Source: Thermoplasmata archaeon (GTDB lineage: Archaea > Thermoplasmatota > Thermoplasmata > Lutacidiplasmatales > UBA184). Taken from it: a stretch of DNA of 64,000 nucleotides. Both the position numbers and the translations under genes were made by a program. The notes beneath the pieces were generated by a model. It saw nothing but the letters and a program-made list of their open reading frames with translations. It did not search any database and was not told the origin of the DNA. Each line of letters begins with the position of its first letter. The stretch's first letter is position 1. Below are positions 36,657-46,342 of this stretch, piece after piece. The stretch covers positions 12,940-76,939 of the forward strand of contig DATGZQ010000019.1 of assembly GCA_035297125.1 (NCBI GenBank), written 5' to 3'.

Positions 36657-38750
36657 ATGCCGCCGTACCGCCTGGAACGACACCCCATCCTGGAGGTGCC
36701 CGACCGGCCCGAGATGGTGGCGTTCACCTTCGACGGCCAGCGTCTTTCGGCACGAAGATCGGAGATGATCTCGTCGGCCCTGTTCGCGAACGGGATCCAC
36801 GTGTTCGGGCGCCATCTCAAGGACGGCGCCCCCCAGGGGATCTTCTGCGCGAACGGCCAGTGCGCCCAGTGCCTCGTCGTGGCCGACGGGCGCGCGGTGA
36901 AGGCGTGCATCACGCCCGTCCGGCCCGGCATGCAGGTCCGGTCCGTGATCGGCGTTCCGGAGCTGGAAGCGGACGACGTCCCCCTCAAGGCGATCCCGCA
37001 GGTCCAGGAGGTCGAGACCGACGTGCTGATCGTCGGCGGGGGCCCGGCGGGGCTGACCGCGGCGGCCGAGCTTGCCGAACACGGGGTCGGTGTCATCCTC
37101 TGCGACGACAAGCCGACGCTCGGCGGCAAGCTGAGCCTCCAGACGCACAATTTCTTCGGTTCGGTCGACGATTGCTATGCCGGCCACCGCGGTACGGAGA
37201 TCGGGCAGCTGCTCGAGGCGAAGGTGCGCGGCCACCCCGGCGTCGAGGTGTGGACCGACTCGCCGGTCGTGGGCGTGTTCCAGGACGGCGTGGTGGGCGT
37301 CGTGAAGCAGGGCCGCTTCACGGTGGTGAAGCCGAAGGCCCTCCTCGTCGCGGCCGGCGCCCGCGAGAAGGCGCTCGCGTTCGCGGGAGCGGACCTTCCG
37401 GGTGTGTACGGCGGGGGCGCGTTCCAGACCCTCGTCAACCGGGACCTGATCAAGCCGTCGAAGAAGCTGCTGATCGTCGGCGGAGGCAACGTCGGCCTGA
37501 TCGTCGCCTACCAGGCGCTCCAAGCGGGGATCGACGTGGTCGCGGTGCTCGAGATACTACCCCAGGTCGGCGGGTACAAGGTGCACCGGGACAAGATCGT
37601 TCGGCTGGGCGTGCCGGTCTACACTTCGTACACCGTGCTCCGCGCGGAGGGGAACGATCGCGTGGAGCGGGTGATCGCCGCGCGGGTCGACGACAAGCTC
37701 CGGCCCGTGAACGGCACCGAGGTGGTGTTCGCCGTCGACACGGTGCTCGTCGCCGTCGGGCTCTCTTCCATCAAGGAACTGTTCGAAGAGGGTCAACGTC
37801 TCGGCCTGCGGGTCTACTCCGCGGGCGACGCGCACGAGATCGCGGAAGCCTCCGCGGCGATGTTCTCGGGAAAGATCGCGGCGCGCACGATCCTTCGCGA
37901 CCTCGGTCTCCCCGCGGAGGTCCCGGAAGCGTGGAGCCACATGGGGACCCTTCTCGCCTCGCATCCGGGGCCGGTGCGGGGATTCTACCCCCCGCCTATC
38001 GGCGTCCCGGTCTATCCGGTCATCCGCTGCGCGCAGGAGATCCCCTGCAACCCGTGCACCACGGTCTGCCCGAAGGACAGCATCACGATCCCCGAAGGGA
38101 ACATCCTCGGGCGGCCGAAGCTCGAGGGGGATTGCGTCGGGTGCCTCAAGTGCGTGGCGATCTGCCCGGGGCTCGCGATCACCATGGTGGACCGCCGCTA
38201 CGACCCCACGGGGCAGCGGGCCAAGGTGACGATCCCGTGGGAGATGCCCGAGGAGCTCGTGGCGACCGGCGACACCGTCGCGACGACGGGCTTCGAAGGC
38301 GAGCCCGTGGGCTCCGGGAAAGTGATCCGGGTCCTCTCCGGCAAGGCGCTCAACCGCCGTCGGCTAATGGTCCTCGAGGTACCCGTGGCGGAGGCCGACC
38401 GCGTTGCCGGGGTCCGCATCCGGGAGCTCGAGCCGCTGTTCCACGTCTACGGCGTGGCGCCTCCGAACGATGCGGAGACCGTCATCTGCCGGTGCGAGCG
38501 GGTCTCGAAGGAGACGGTGGCCGACTACATCCGGGCCACCGGCACGCGGGACCTGAACGCCGTCAAGGCCGGGCTCCGCAGCGGAATGGGCCCGTGCGGG
38601 GGAAAGACGTGCGGCGAGCTGATCCTGAGGATCTTCCGGGAGCTGGGGGTGGAACCCACGGCGGTGACGCCCGCGGTCCATCGCCCCTTCACCCAGGAGG
38701 TCCCGATCACGGCCTTCCTCACGGTGGACGATGGCGCATCCGGAGTTTGA
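36657..38750 (+). CDS. Fused 2Fe-2S/FAD/4Fe-4S/BFD oxidoreductase (proline dehydrogenase alpha-like)
   Basis: FCANGQCAQC..KAC, GGGPAG, GGGNVG, CNPCTTVCP, CVGCLKCVAICP, ICRCERV, GPCGGKTC. Confidence 0.88.
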   Translation: MPPYRLERHPILEVPDRPEMVAFTFDGQRLSARRSEMISSALFANGIHVFGRHLKDGAPQGIFCANGQCAQCLVVADGRAVKACITPVRPGMQVRSVIGVPELEADDVPLKAIPQVQEVETDVLIVGGGPAGLTAAAELAEHGVGVILCDDKPTLGGKLSLQTHNFFGSVDDCYAGHRGTEIGQLLEAKVRGHPGVEVWTDSPVVGVFQDGVVGVVKQGRFTVVKPKALLVAAGAREKALAFAGADLPGVYGGGAFQTLVNRDLIKPSKKLLIVGGGNVGLIVAYQALQAGIDVVAVLEILPQVGGYKVHRDKIVRLGVPVYTSYTVLRAEGNDRVERVIAARVDDKLRPVNGTEVVFAVDTVLVAVGLSSIKELFEEGQRLGLRVYSAGDAHEIAEASAAMFSGKIAARTILRDLGLPAEVPEAWSHMGTLLASHPGPVRGFYPPPIGVPVYPVIRCAQEIPCNPCTTVCPKDSITIPEGNILGRPKLEGDCVGCLKCVAICPGLAITMVDRRYDPTGQRAKVTIPWEMPEELVATGDTVATTGFEGEPVGSGKVIRVLSGKALNRRRLMVLEVPVAEADRVAGVRIRELEPLFHVYGVAPPNDAETVICRCERVSKETVADYIRATGTRDLNAVKAGLRSGMGPCGGKTCGELILRIFRELGVEPTAVTPAVHRPFTQEVPITAFLTVDDGASGV

Positions 38751-39900
38751 CGCGATCGTCATTGGCGCGGGGTCGGTCGGCAACCCCACGGCGTACTTTC
38801 TCGCCCGGGAAGGGGTCCGTACGCTCGTCCTTGACGAGATGCCGTCCTCGGGGCAGGGTCAGAACAAGGCGGCGATCGGTGGGGTGCGCGCGACCCATTC
38901 CGACCCGGCGAAAATCCGGCTCGGCCAGCAGAGCCTGGAGGTCTTCGCCCAGTGGAAGGGTGCGACCGGAACCGACATCGGCTGGAAGAAGGGCGGGTAC
39001 TGCTTTCCGGCGTTCGACGAGCACGTCGAGGCCACTCTCCAGAAGCTGCTCCCGATTCAGAAGTCCCACCGGCTGAACATCGACTGGCACGACGCCGAGG
39101 GGATCCGCCGTGTCGTCTCCGGGATAACCCCGGTCGGTCTCCGCGGCGGGACGTACTCTCCGGACGACGGGCAGGTGAGCCCGCTCAAGGCGGCGGAGTC
39201 GTTCACGCAGGAGGCGGTACGGCTCCACGCCCAGTACCGATACCGCGAGCCCGTCACCTCCCTGGTGACGGAGGACCACGCCGTGGCCGGCGTGAGGACG
39301 GAACAGGGCGAGTACCGCGCCCCCTGTGTGATCATCGCGGCGGGCACCCACGCGACCCGCCTCTGTCAGATGGCGGGCCTCGACCTTCCGGTGCTTCCGG
39401 AGAGCCACGAGGCCGGGATCTCGGCCCCGGTCCAGGAGTTCCTCGGTCCCCTGGTCGTGGACCTCCGGCCCGGCCCCGAGGGGAAGACGACCAACTTCTA
39501 TTTCGGGCAGGACTCGGACGGCCAGATTATCTTCTGCTACACCCCCAAGGAAAAGTTCCCCGGCGAGAATCGCACCTCGACGTTCGAGTTCATGCCGGTC
39601 GTCGCGGCGCGTCTCGTGAACCTGATCCCACGCCTCAAGAACCTGACCATTCGCCGCGTGTGGCGGGGGCTCTACCCGATGACCCCCGACGGCAACCCGA
39701 TCGTCGGCAAGGCCCCGAACGTGAGCGGCCTCCTCCTCGGGATCGGGATGTGCGGTCAGGGGTTCATGCTGGGTCCCGGCGTGGGGATGAACCTCGCCTC
39801 GCTCGCGATCCGGGGTCAGCCCGCCATCGAGCCGGGGATCTTCGACCTTCTGAGCCCGGCCCGGGACCTCTACGGCGGCAAGAAGGAATCCCTGAAGTAA
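38731..39900 (+). CDS. FAD-dependent oxidoreductase (proline dehydrogenase/sarcosine oxidase beta-like)
   Basis: IGAGSVG, WRGLYPMTPDG, GMCGQGFMLGP. Confidence 0.88.
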   Translation: MAHPEFDAIVIGAGSVGNPTAYFLAREGVRTLVLDEMPSSGQGQNKAAIGGVRATHSDPAKIRLGQQSLEVFAQWKGATGTDIGWKKGGYCFPAFDEHVEATLQKLLPIQKSHRLNIDWHDAEGIRRVVSGITPVGLRGGTYSPDDGQVSPLKAAESFTQEAVRLHAQYRYREPVTSLVTEDHAVAGVRTEQGEYRAPCVIIAAGTHATRLCQMAGLDLPVLPESHEAGISAPVQEFLGPLVVDLRPGPEGKTTNFYFGQDSDGQIIFCYTPKEKFPGENRTSTFEFMPVVAARLVNLIPRLKNLTIRRVWRGLYPMTPDGNPIVGKAPNVSGLLLGIGMCGQGFMLGPGVGMNLASLAIRGQPAIEPGIFDLLSPARDLYGGKKESLK

Positions 39901-39991
39901 GCCCCTCCGGAAACGCGTCGCCTGCTGCTCGCGGGCCCCGTGGTCTCGGTCCGGGGGCCCGCTTATGGTCGCGTGGACGTACGGCGATCGT

Positions 39992-40849
39992 ATGGCGACT
40001 CAGGCGGAGAAGGCCGAGGCGTTCCGCGCCCTGCACCACGGACCCCATCCGCTCGTCCTCCCCAACGCCTGGGACGTGCCGAGCGCGCGCGTGTTCGAGG
40101 AGGCCGGTTTCCCGGCGGTCGCGACATCCAGCGCGGGTCTGATGGTTTCGCGGGGATATCGGGACGGCGAGGAGATGCCCCGCCGCGAACTCGTGGAGGC
40201 GGTCGGGCGGATCGCGGGGAAGCTCTCCGTCCCCCTGAGCGCTGACGTCGTGGGCGGGTACGGGCGTACGGCTCGCGAGGTCGCCTCCACCGTCCGCCTG
40301 ATCCTCGCGGCCGGGGCGGTCGGGATCAACCTCGAGGACCTGGAGCCGTCGGCCGGCGGCCTGCATCCGGTCGAGGTGCAGGTCGAGAAGATCGAGGCGG
40401 TTCGCCGCCTCGGAAAGTCCCAGGGGATTCCGCTCGTGATCAACGCTCGGACCGACGCGTTCCGGCACGCGACCGGGAACGACGAGGAACGGCTGCACGA
40501 GGCGATCCGCCGGTCGATCGCGTACCGCGATGCGGGGGCTGATTGCGTCTACCCGATGGGGGTGAGCGACGCCGCCGCCATCGGGGCGTTCGTTCGCGCG
40601 CTCGGCTGTCCGGTGAACGTGATGATCCGCAAGGGGCTCCCGACGGTGGGCCAGCTCGAGAAGCTCGGGGTGAAACGGGTGAGCTTCGGCCCCTCCGCCT
40701 CGTACGCGGCGATGGGACTGCTCAAGCGGGCCAGCCAGGAGGTCCTCTCCCGAGGGACGTACGGAGCGCTCCTCGACGGGGCGATCACGTTCGACGAGCT
40801 CAACCAACTGGCCGCGCGAAGGGCCCCCGGGAACGCGACTCACACCTGA
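39992..40849 (+). CDS. Isocitrate lyase/PEP mutase family protein
   Basis: PNAWD..SA, ATSSAG, GINLED, INARTD, AGAD. Confidence 0.9.
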   Translation: MATQAEKAEAFRALHHGPHPLVLPNAWDVPSARVFEEAGFPAVATSSAGLMVSRGYRDGEEMPRRELVEAVGRIAGKLSVPLSADVVGGYGRTAREVASTVRLILAAGAVGINLEDLEPSAGGLHPVEVQVEKIEAVRRLGKSQGIPLVINARTDAFRHATGNDEERLHEAIRRSIAYRDAGADCVYPMGVSDAAAIGAFVRALGCPVNVMIRKGLPTVGQLEKLGVKRVSFGPSASYAAMGLLKRASQEVLSRGTYGALLDGAITFDELNQLAARRAPGNATHT

Positions 40850-40894
40850 ACGCGGGCCCCGACCGGTGGAAGCGCCCCGGTCGGACCGGGGGAG

Positions 40895-40979
40895 TGCGGG
40901 GAGAGGGATTTGAACCCACGAACCCCTACGGGACCAGACCCTGAATCTGGCGCCTTTGACCAAGCTGGGCGATCCCCGC
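40895..40979 (-). tRNA. tRNA-Leu(CAG), long variable arm, CCA not encoded
   Basis: GCGGGGA/TCCCCGC acceptor stem; CCAGA-TTCAGGG-TCTGG anticodon arm; GGTTCAAATCC T-loop; discriminator A. Confidence 0.95.
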
Positions 40980-41027
40980 GCGGTCGGGCGGAGCGGGGTG
41001 GCGCATAAGACCGTTCCGCGAGAACGG

Positions 41028-41849
41028 TCAGGCCCGGGCCGACGCGGCGGCCGGCGCGCGTCCCTTCGCGCTGCCGAGAACGTCCATCGCCTCGGCCACG
41101 GTCGCCTTCTCGTGCACGATCGCACGAAGCGCCTTCAGCATCGCAACGGGGTGGTCCGACTGCCAGATGTTCCGTCCCATGTCGATCCCGTGCGCCCCCT
41201 TCGCGATCGCGCTGTGCGCGAGCTCGAGAGCGGCCCGGTCGCTGTCGAGCTTCGGCCCGCCGGCGACCACGAGGGGGACGGGGCATCCTTCGACGACCTT
41301 TTCGAACCCGTCGCAGTAGTACGTCTTCACGAGGTGTGCGCCCAGCTCCGCCGAGACGCGGCAGGCGAGAGCGAGATAGCGCGCGTCGCGCTTCTCGAGC
41401 TCCTTGCCCACGGCCGTGATGGCCATGACAGGAATGCCCGCCTCCTCACCCTCGTCCACGAGCTTCGAGAGGTTCACGAGCGACTCGTGCTCGTGGGGCG
41501 CCCCTACGAACACGGAGAGCGCGACCCCGCAGACGTTCAGTCGCGCGGCGTCCCGCATCGCCGTCGTGATCGTCTCGTGGGAGAGGTCCTCCTTGAGGAC
41601 CGTGGCACCGCCGGAGACCCGGAGCATGACGGGCGTTGCGCTGGTCGACGGGACGGACGTGCGGAGGATCCCGCGGGTGAGCGCGACGGCGTCCGCGTAG
41701 GGGAGGAGCGGCGCGATGGTCGCCCGGGCGTCCTCGAGGTGGTGGGTCGGTCCCATGAAGTACCCGTGGTCGACCGCGAGCATCACCGCGTTCCCGTTCT
41801 CGCCACCCGGGAACATACGGGCCAATCGATTGCGCATTCCCCAGTCCAT
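41028..41849 (-). CDS. DhnA/LsrF-family class I aldolase/thiolase
   Basis: MDWGMRNRL, LAVDHGYFMGP, AELGAHLVKTYY, AGG, DMGRNIWQ; LsrF-like. Confidence 0.88.
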   Translation of the reverse strand: MDWGMRNRLARMFPGGENGNAVMLAVDHGYFMGPTHHLEDARATIAPLLPYADAVALTRGILRTSVPSTSATPVMLRVSGGATVLKEDLSHETITTAMRDAARLNVCGVALSVFVGAPHEHESLVNLSKLVDEGEEAGIPVMAITAVGKELEKRDARYLALACRVSAELGAHLVKTYYCDGFEKVVEGCPVPLVVAGGPKLDSDRAALELAHSAIAKGAHGIDMGRNIWQSDHPVAMLKALRAIVHEKATVAEAMDVLGSAKGRAPAAASARA

Positions 41850-41919
41850 CCGCTTCCTCCGACCCCCGCGCGACGGGGCCGGAGCTCATAGCGGTTGGGG
41901 AATCGCGCGCGCCCCCGGA

Positions 41920-42411
41920 TCAGTCGGGCGGGGTCCGCTCCATCCCTCGGAGGGAGACCGGCACCCGCCGGTCCTCCTTCACTCGATTCAGGACGACCCG
42001 GGTGTTCGACCGCTCGACGTGAGGATCCTGGAGCGCGTGCTTCACGAACCGGTCGAGGTCCCTGCGGTCGCGGAACCGGCCGATCAGGAGGGCGTCGTCG
42101 TCGCCCGTGACGTCGTAGATGGCGTACACCCTCGGGTCCTTCGCGAGATGCTCCTCGACCTCCCTCAAGCGGCCCTTCGAGATCCGGATCCCGATCGCGG
42201 CCCAGAGGTCCCAACCGAGCTGCTCGTCGTCGAGGATCGGGATGTACCCTCGGATGATGCCCTGCTCCTCGAGCCGCCCGATCCGAGAGCTCACCGTCGT
42301 CGGAGAGACCTTGAGGCGGCGGCCGATATCCCGGTGGCTCCGGCGCGCGTCGACGTTCAATTCCTCGAGGATCGACCGGTCGAGCGCGTCCAGAGTGGAC
42401 ATTCGCCGCAT
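41920..42411 (-). CDS. Lrp/AsnC transcriptional regulator
   Basis: LDALDRSILEEL..DARRS HTH, RLEEQGIIRGY, VTGDDD, VLNRVKE. Confidence 0.93.
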   Translation of the reverse strand: MRRMSTLDALDRSILEELNVDARRSHRDIGRRLKVSPTTVSSRIGRLEEQGIIRGYIPILDDEQLGWDLWAAIGIRISKGRLREVEEHLAKDPRVYAIYDVTGDDDALLIGRFRDRRDLDRFVKHALQDPHVERSNTRVVLNRVKEDRRVPVSLRGMERTPPD

Positions 42412-42554
42412 ACAACTTCAAGGATACATCTGAAAATAAACCCTGCGCTCGTGACTTTGGGCGTTCGTCCATAATTTTCGACTGAGGCTTGATGTAGCCG
42501 GAGACAGTCGGGGCACCGGGTGCGAACGTGGCATCGCAGCGGGGAAAACAGTCG

Positions 42555-43988
42555 ATGGACGGCGAGTCGGTGGTCGAGCGCCTGGCGACCGACAAGGTGC
42601 GCTGGGTCCAGTTGTTCTACACGGACGTCTTCGGCGGGCTAAACCAGCTCGACATCCCGCGCCACGCCCTCGAGGCCGAGATGTTCAGGACCGGGGTCCC
42701 CAAGCTCGACGGTTCATCGGTCCGGGGATTCCGCGAGATCTTCGAGTCCGACATGCTGCTCGTTCCCGATCCCCAGACGATGGCGAACATCCCGTGGAAC
42801 CCGGAGGCCGGGCGCACGGTCCGGTTCATCTGCGATGTCCGGCTCGGCGCCTCGAGCGAGCCGTACGAGCACGACCCGCGGGGGGTCGCGCGGAAGGCGG
42901 AGCAGGTGCTCGCGGCGGCCGGCTACGACCGGTCGTACTGGGGACCCGAGATCGAGTTCTTCGTCTTCGACAGCGTCCAGCTCGTCCCATCCTACGCCGG
43001 GGTCCGGGACGCATGGGCGGGGGCGGGCTACCTCATCGGCCAGTCCGAGGCGCCGTGGGACCCGGCCAGCGGCCAGCCGACGATCCGGTTCAAGGAAGGG
43101 TACCACCGAACGCCCCCTACCGACTCCTTGGTCGGCCTGCGCGCGGAGATGTGCAACATTCTGGCCGACGACTTCCACATCATCATGGACGCGCACCACC
43201 ACGAAGTGGCCACCGCGAGCCAGTCGGAACTGAACGTCCGGTTCGACGAGCTGGTCCCTATGGCGGACCACATCCAGGACGTCCGCTACGTGATCAAGAA
43301 CGTCGCCCGCCGCCACGGGAAGGTCGCCTGCCTGATGCCGAAGCCTATCTATGGCGACAACGGGATCGGGATGCACACCAACCAGTCGCTCTGGACGAAG
43401 GGGAAGAACGCCTTTTACGACCCCGACGACGAGTACGCCGAGGTCAGCCAGGCATGCCGCTACTACATCGGCGGGCTTCTCGAGCACGCCCGCGCGCTGT
43501 GCGCGATAACGAACCCGATCACCAACTCCTACCGCCGGCTCGTCCCGGGGTACGAGGCCCCCGTGTTTATCGCCTGGAGCAAGGCGAACCGCTCGGCGAA
43601 CGTGCGCATCCCGTTCTACCACCGAGGTCGAGCCGCGGCCAAGCGGATCGAGTACCGTACGCCCGACTCCGCCGCGAACATTTACCTCACCGAGGCCGCG
43701 CTCGCGATGGCGGGGCTCGACGGGATCCGCCGGAAGATCGAGCCGCCACCCCCGGTGGACGAGAACATCTACAAGCTCACCCCCGCCAAACGAAAGCAGC
43801 TCCGGATCCGCGAGCTACCCGGCTCGCTCAGCGAGTCGCTCGATTGCCTCGCCTCCGACCGCGACTTCCTCAAGCCCGCGTTCGCCGGTTCGCTGATCGA
43901 CACCTACATCGAGATGAAGCGCGAGGAGCAGCTCGAACTGAACCTGCGGCCCCATCCGTACGAGTTCTACCGGTACCTCGACGTTTAG
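42555..43988 (+). CDS. glnA: Glutamine synthetase type I
   Basis: DGSS, GPEIEFF, HHEVAT, PKPIYGDNG.GMH, RLVPGYEAP, NRS, RIEYR.PD. Confidence 0.95.
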   Translation: MDGESVVERLATDKVRWVQLFYTDVFGGLNQLDIPRHALEAEMFRTGVPKLDGSSVRGFREIFESDMLLVPDPQTMANIPWNPEAGRTVRFICDVRLGASSEPYEHDPRGVARKAEQVLAAAGYDRSYWGPEIEFFVFDSVQLVPSYAGVRDAWAGAGYLIGQSEAPWDPASGQPTIRFKEGYHRTPPTDSLVGLRAEMCNILADDFHIIMDAHHHEVATASQSELNVRFDELVPMADHIQDVRYVIKNVARRHGKVACLMPKPIYGDNGIGMHTNQSLWTKGKNAFYDPDDEYAEVSQACRYYIGGLLEHARALCAITNPITNSYRRLVPGYEAPVFIAWSKANRSANVRIPFYHRGRAAAKRIEYRTPDSAANIYLTEAALAMAGLDGIRRKIEPPPPVDENIYKLTPAKRKQLRIRELPGSLSESLDCLASDRDFLKPAFAGSLIDTYIEMKREEQLELNLRPHPYEFYRYLDV

Positions 43989-44043
43989 GGCGGACGGCAG
44001 CTCCCCGTCGGCCGTCACACGGGTGTCGGGCGGGGACGGACCG

Positions 44044-45615
44044 GTGACGGAGGCGTCCCTCTGGTCGGGGGGCCGGGTGTTCACGGGCCGGCGCTACGTG
44101 GAGTCGATCCTGGTCGAGAGCGGCCGGGTCCTCTTCGCTGGGGCGCTCGGCGGTGCGCAACGGCTCGCGCCCACGGGCGTCGAGCGGCGGGCGCTCGGAG
44201 GGCGCCTCCTAATCCCAGGGATCGTGGACGCCCACGTGCACCTCTCGGACCTGACGCGGGTCCGGGAAGGGTTCGACCTTTCCGCGACCCGGTCGCTCGC
44301 CGAGCTTCGGGACCGCCTGTCCGCATGGGCGGTCGAGCACCCGTCGGGGCCGATCGTCGGCCGGGGGTGGGACCCCGAGCGGTGGAAGGGCGGGCGCTGG
44401 CCGGAGATCCGGGACGTCGACCCGGTCGTTCCCGACCGTCCGACGATCCTCTACCACGCGAGCGGCCATGCCGCCCTGCTCAACTCCGCCGCCCTCCGAG
44501 CGAGCGGGGTTCTTCGGGCAGGGGCGGTGCGCGACCCAGCGATGATCGGCCGATCCGCGGACGGAACGCCGAACGGTATCCTCTACGAGGAGGCGCTCCG
44601 CCTCGCCGGTTCGATCGCCTCCGATCGGGGTCCCGGCGGCGAGGGCCTCGCGCGCACGTTGGGGGTGCTCGCCGCGCACGGCATCACGGCCGTCGGGGCG
44701 ATGAGCGCGAGTCCCCACGAGGTCCGTGCGCTCCGCACCCTAGACGCCTCCGGTCGCCTCGCCCTCACGGTCCGGGCCTACGTCCGCCTGTCCGAGCTCT
44801 CCGTGTTCTCGGCGCCCGACCTGGTCGCGGGCTCGCGGCGGCTGTCGGTGGTCGGGGTGAAGGCGTTCCTCGACGGTGCCTTCGGGCCGCGGACCGCGGC
44901 TCTCCGAAGGCCGTACTCGGACGACCCCTCGAACTCGGGAATCCCCGTCGGGGACGATGGGGAGCTCACCCACCAGCTCGCCGAGGCCGGCCGGCGCGGA
45001 CTCGTACCGGCGCTCCACGCGATCGGCGACAGCGCGGTGGAGAGGGCCGCACGGTTGCTCCGGCCATGGACGGGACGTTCCGGACCTCCGGCGCGCGTCG
45101 AGCACGCGGCGCTGACGCCGCCCGAGGCCCTCGGACCCCTGTTCGAGGCCCGTCCGGCGCTCGTCGTCCAACCAGGGTTCGTCTGGAGCGATTCCTGGCT
45201 CGCGGACCGCCTCGGGCCGGCGAGGTGCCATTGGGCCTACGCGTTCCGGACGCTGATCAATCGCGGCTTCGTCGTCGCCGGCTCGAGCGACGCACCGTAC
45301 GACCCCGTCGATCCGTGGCGGGGGCTGCGGGCCGCCGTGGACCGCCGCGACCCTTCCGGCCGGTCGGCGAACCCCGACCCCGGCGAGGCGCTGTCCCCCG
45401 AGGAGGCGCTCGGACTGTACACGACGAACGCCGCGGCATCGGTCGGATTGCCGACCTACGGGCATCTCGAGGCGGGGGGAGTCGCCGACTTGGTCGTGCT
45501 CACGACCCCCGACCTCCGCCTGGCGCTCGCCTCCGGTGCCCCGCCGGTCCGCGAAACGTGGGTCGCGGGCCAGAGAGTGTACGCGGCACCGGGGCCCGTG
45601 GGTCAGCAAGCCTAA
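44044..45615 (+). CDS. Amidohydrolase 3 (YtcJ-like)
   Basis: PGIVDAHVH, SGHAAL.NS, KAFLDG, HAIGD, RVEH, SSDAP. Confidence 0.9.
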   Translation: MTEASLWSGGRVFTGRRYVESILVESGRVLFAGALGGAQRLAPTGVERRALGGRLLIPGIVDAHVHLSDLTRVREGFDLSATRSLAELRDRLSAWAVEHPSGPIVGRGWDPERWKGGRWPEIRDVDPVVPDRPTILYHASGHAALLNSAALRASGVLRAGAVRDPAMIGRSADGTPNGILYEEALRLAGSIASDRGPGGEGLARTLGVLAAHGITAVGAMSASPHEVRALRTLDASGRLALTVRAYVRLSELSVFSAPDLVAGSRRLSVVGVKAFLDGAFGPRTAALRRPYSDDPSNSGIPVGDDGELTHQLAEAGRRGLVPALHAIGDSAVERAARLLRPWTGRSGPPARVEHAALTPPEALGPLFEARPALVVQPGFVWSDSWLADRLGPARCHWAYAFRTLINRGFVVAGSSDAPYDPVDPWRGLRAAVDRRDPSGRSANPDPGEALSPEEALGLYTTNAAASVGLPTYGHLEAGGVADLVVLTTPDLRLALASGAPPVRETWVAGQRVYAAPGPVGQQA

Positions 45616-45665
45616 GTCCCCCGTTCCCTCGTCGGGCCGTGCCCGACCCCTCCGAACCCCCCGTG

Positions 45666-46277
45666 ATGAGGGAGTTCTCGCCCACGATGCGGGTAGACGT
45701 CCTCGTCTCCGACTGGAGGGCAACGCTCCCGGTCGAATCCTCCCAGGAGGAACGCGAGCGCGAACTCTACGGCAAGGCGTGGGAGGCGTACCAGGAGGGC
45801 GACTACGGGTTCGGCCTGTGGTGCTGGCACGAGGTCGACCGCCTCACGAACAGCCTCAAGGGCAGCATCCGGGAAGTGACGCGGATCGTCGGACCGGGCC
45901 GGTACTTCGGGTTCTCCCATAGGCGCGTGGTGGCGGTTGCGGTCCCGATCGAGCGGATCTACCGGCCGCGCAAGGGGGACATGAGCACTCCCCGGACCGA
46001 CGCGTTCGTCCTCCCCCACTACCAGGTCCTGTGCGTCTACCTTGCCCAGGCGGGCGCCGGGGATCCGAAGGCGAAGGCGCTGCTCGAGATCGCGCTGGGC
46101 GAGCTCGAGGACCGCCGACGGGCCGACCCTTTCCTGCCCCATTTCGAGACGTTCCGGCAGCTGGTCGATCGCACGAGCGCCGCCAGCGCCGCTAGCGCCG
46201 CCCCGACCACGGCCCCGGTGAGCGCCCCGCGCGCGCCGGAGACGCCCGCCCGGGGCCGGAAGAACCGGGCGCGTTGA
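45666..46277 (+). CDS. Hypothetical protein
   Basis: Non-shadow-like composition (W/Y/F-rich) at the 3' end of ORF 44325..46277; fills the gap between co-oriented genes. Confidence 0.65.
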   Translation: MREFSPTMRVDVLVSDWRATLPVESSQEERERELYGKAWEAYQEGDYGFGLWCWHEVDRLTNSLKGSIREVTRIVGPGRYFGFSHRRVVAVAVPIERIYRPRKGDMSTPRTDAFVLPHYQVLCVYLAQAGAGDPKAKALLEIALGELEDRRRADPFLPHFETFRQLVDRTSAASAASAAPTTAPVSAPRAPETPARGRKNRAR

Positions 46278-46342
46278 GGCGCTGGACCCGTCCGGTCCGA
46301 AGCCGCCTTTAGCGCACTCCGCTCGCTCCGGCCGAGGCTGCG

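Noticed and set aside
29289..37150. Apparent long N-terminal fusions in ORFs 29289..31844, 31825..33333, 34518..35588 and 34937..37150 (also 7484..8722, 8690..10144, 51639..53933, 56416..58953)
   Set aside because: The extensions are open frames running through neighbouring genes. True starts were reassigned from motifs and overlaps.
40850..41027. tRNA-Leu as an integration site for a mobile element
   Set aside because: No integrase and no duplicated tRNA 3' end was noticed in the window.
42555..43988. Gamma-glutamylputrescine synthetase (PuuA) instead of true GS
   Set aside because: The sequence keeps the DGSS and PGYEAP ammonium-site motifs of canonical GSI.
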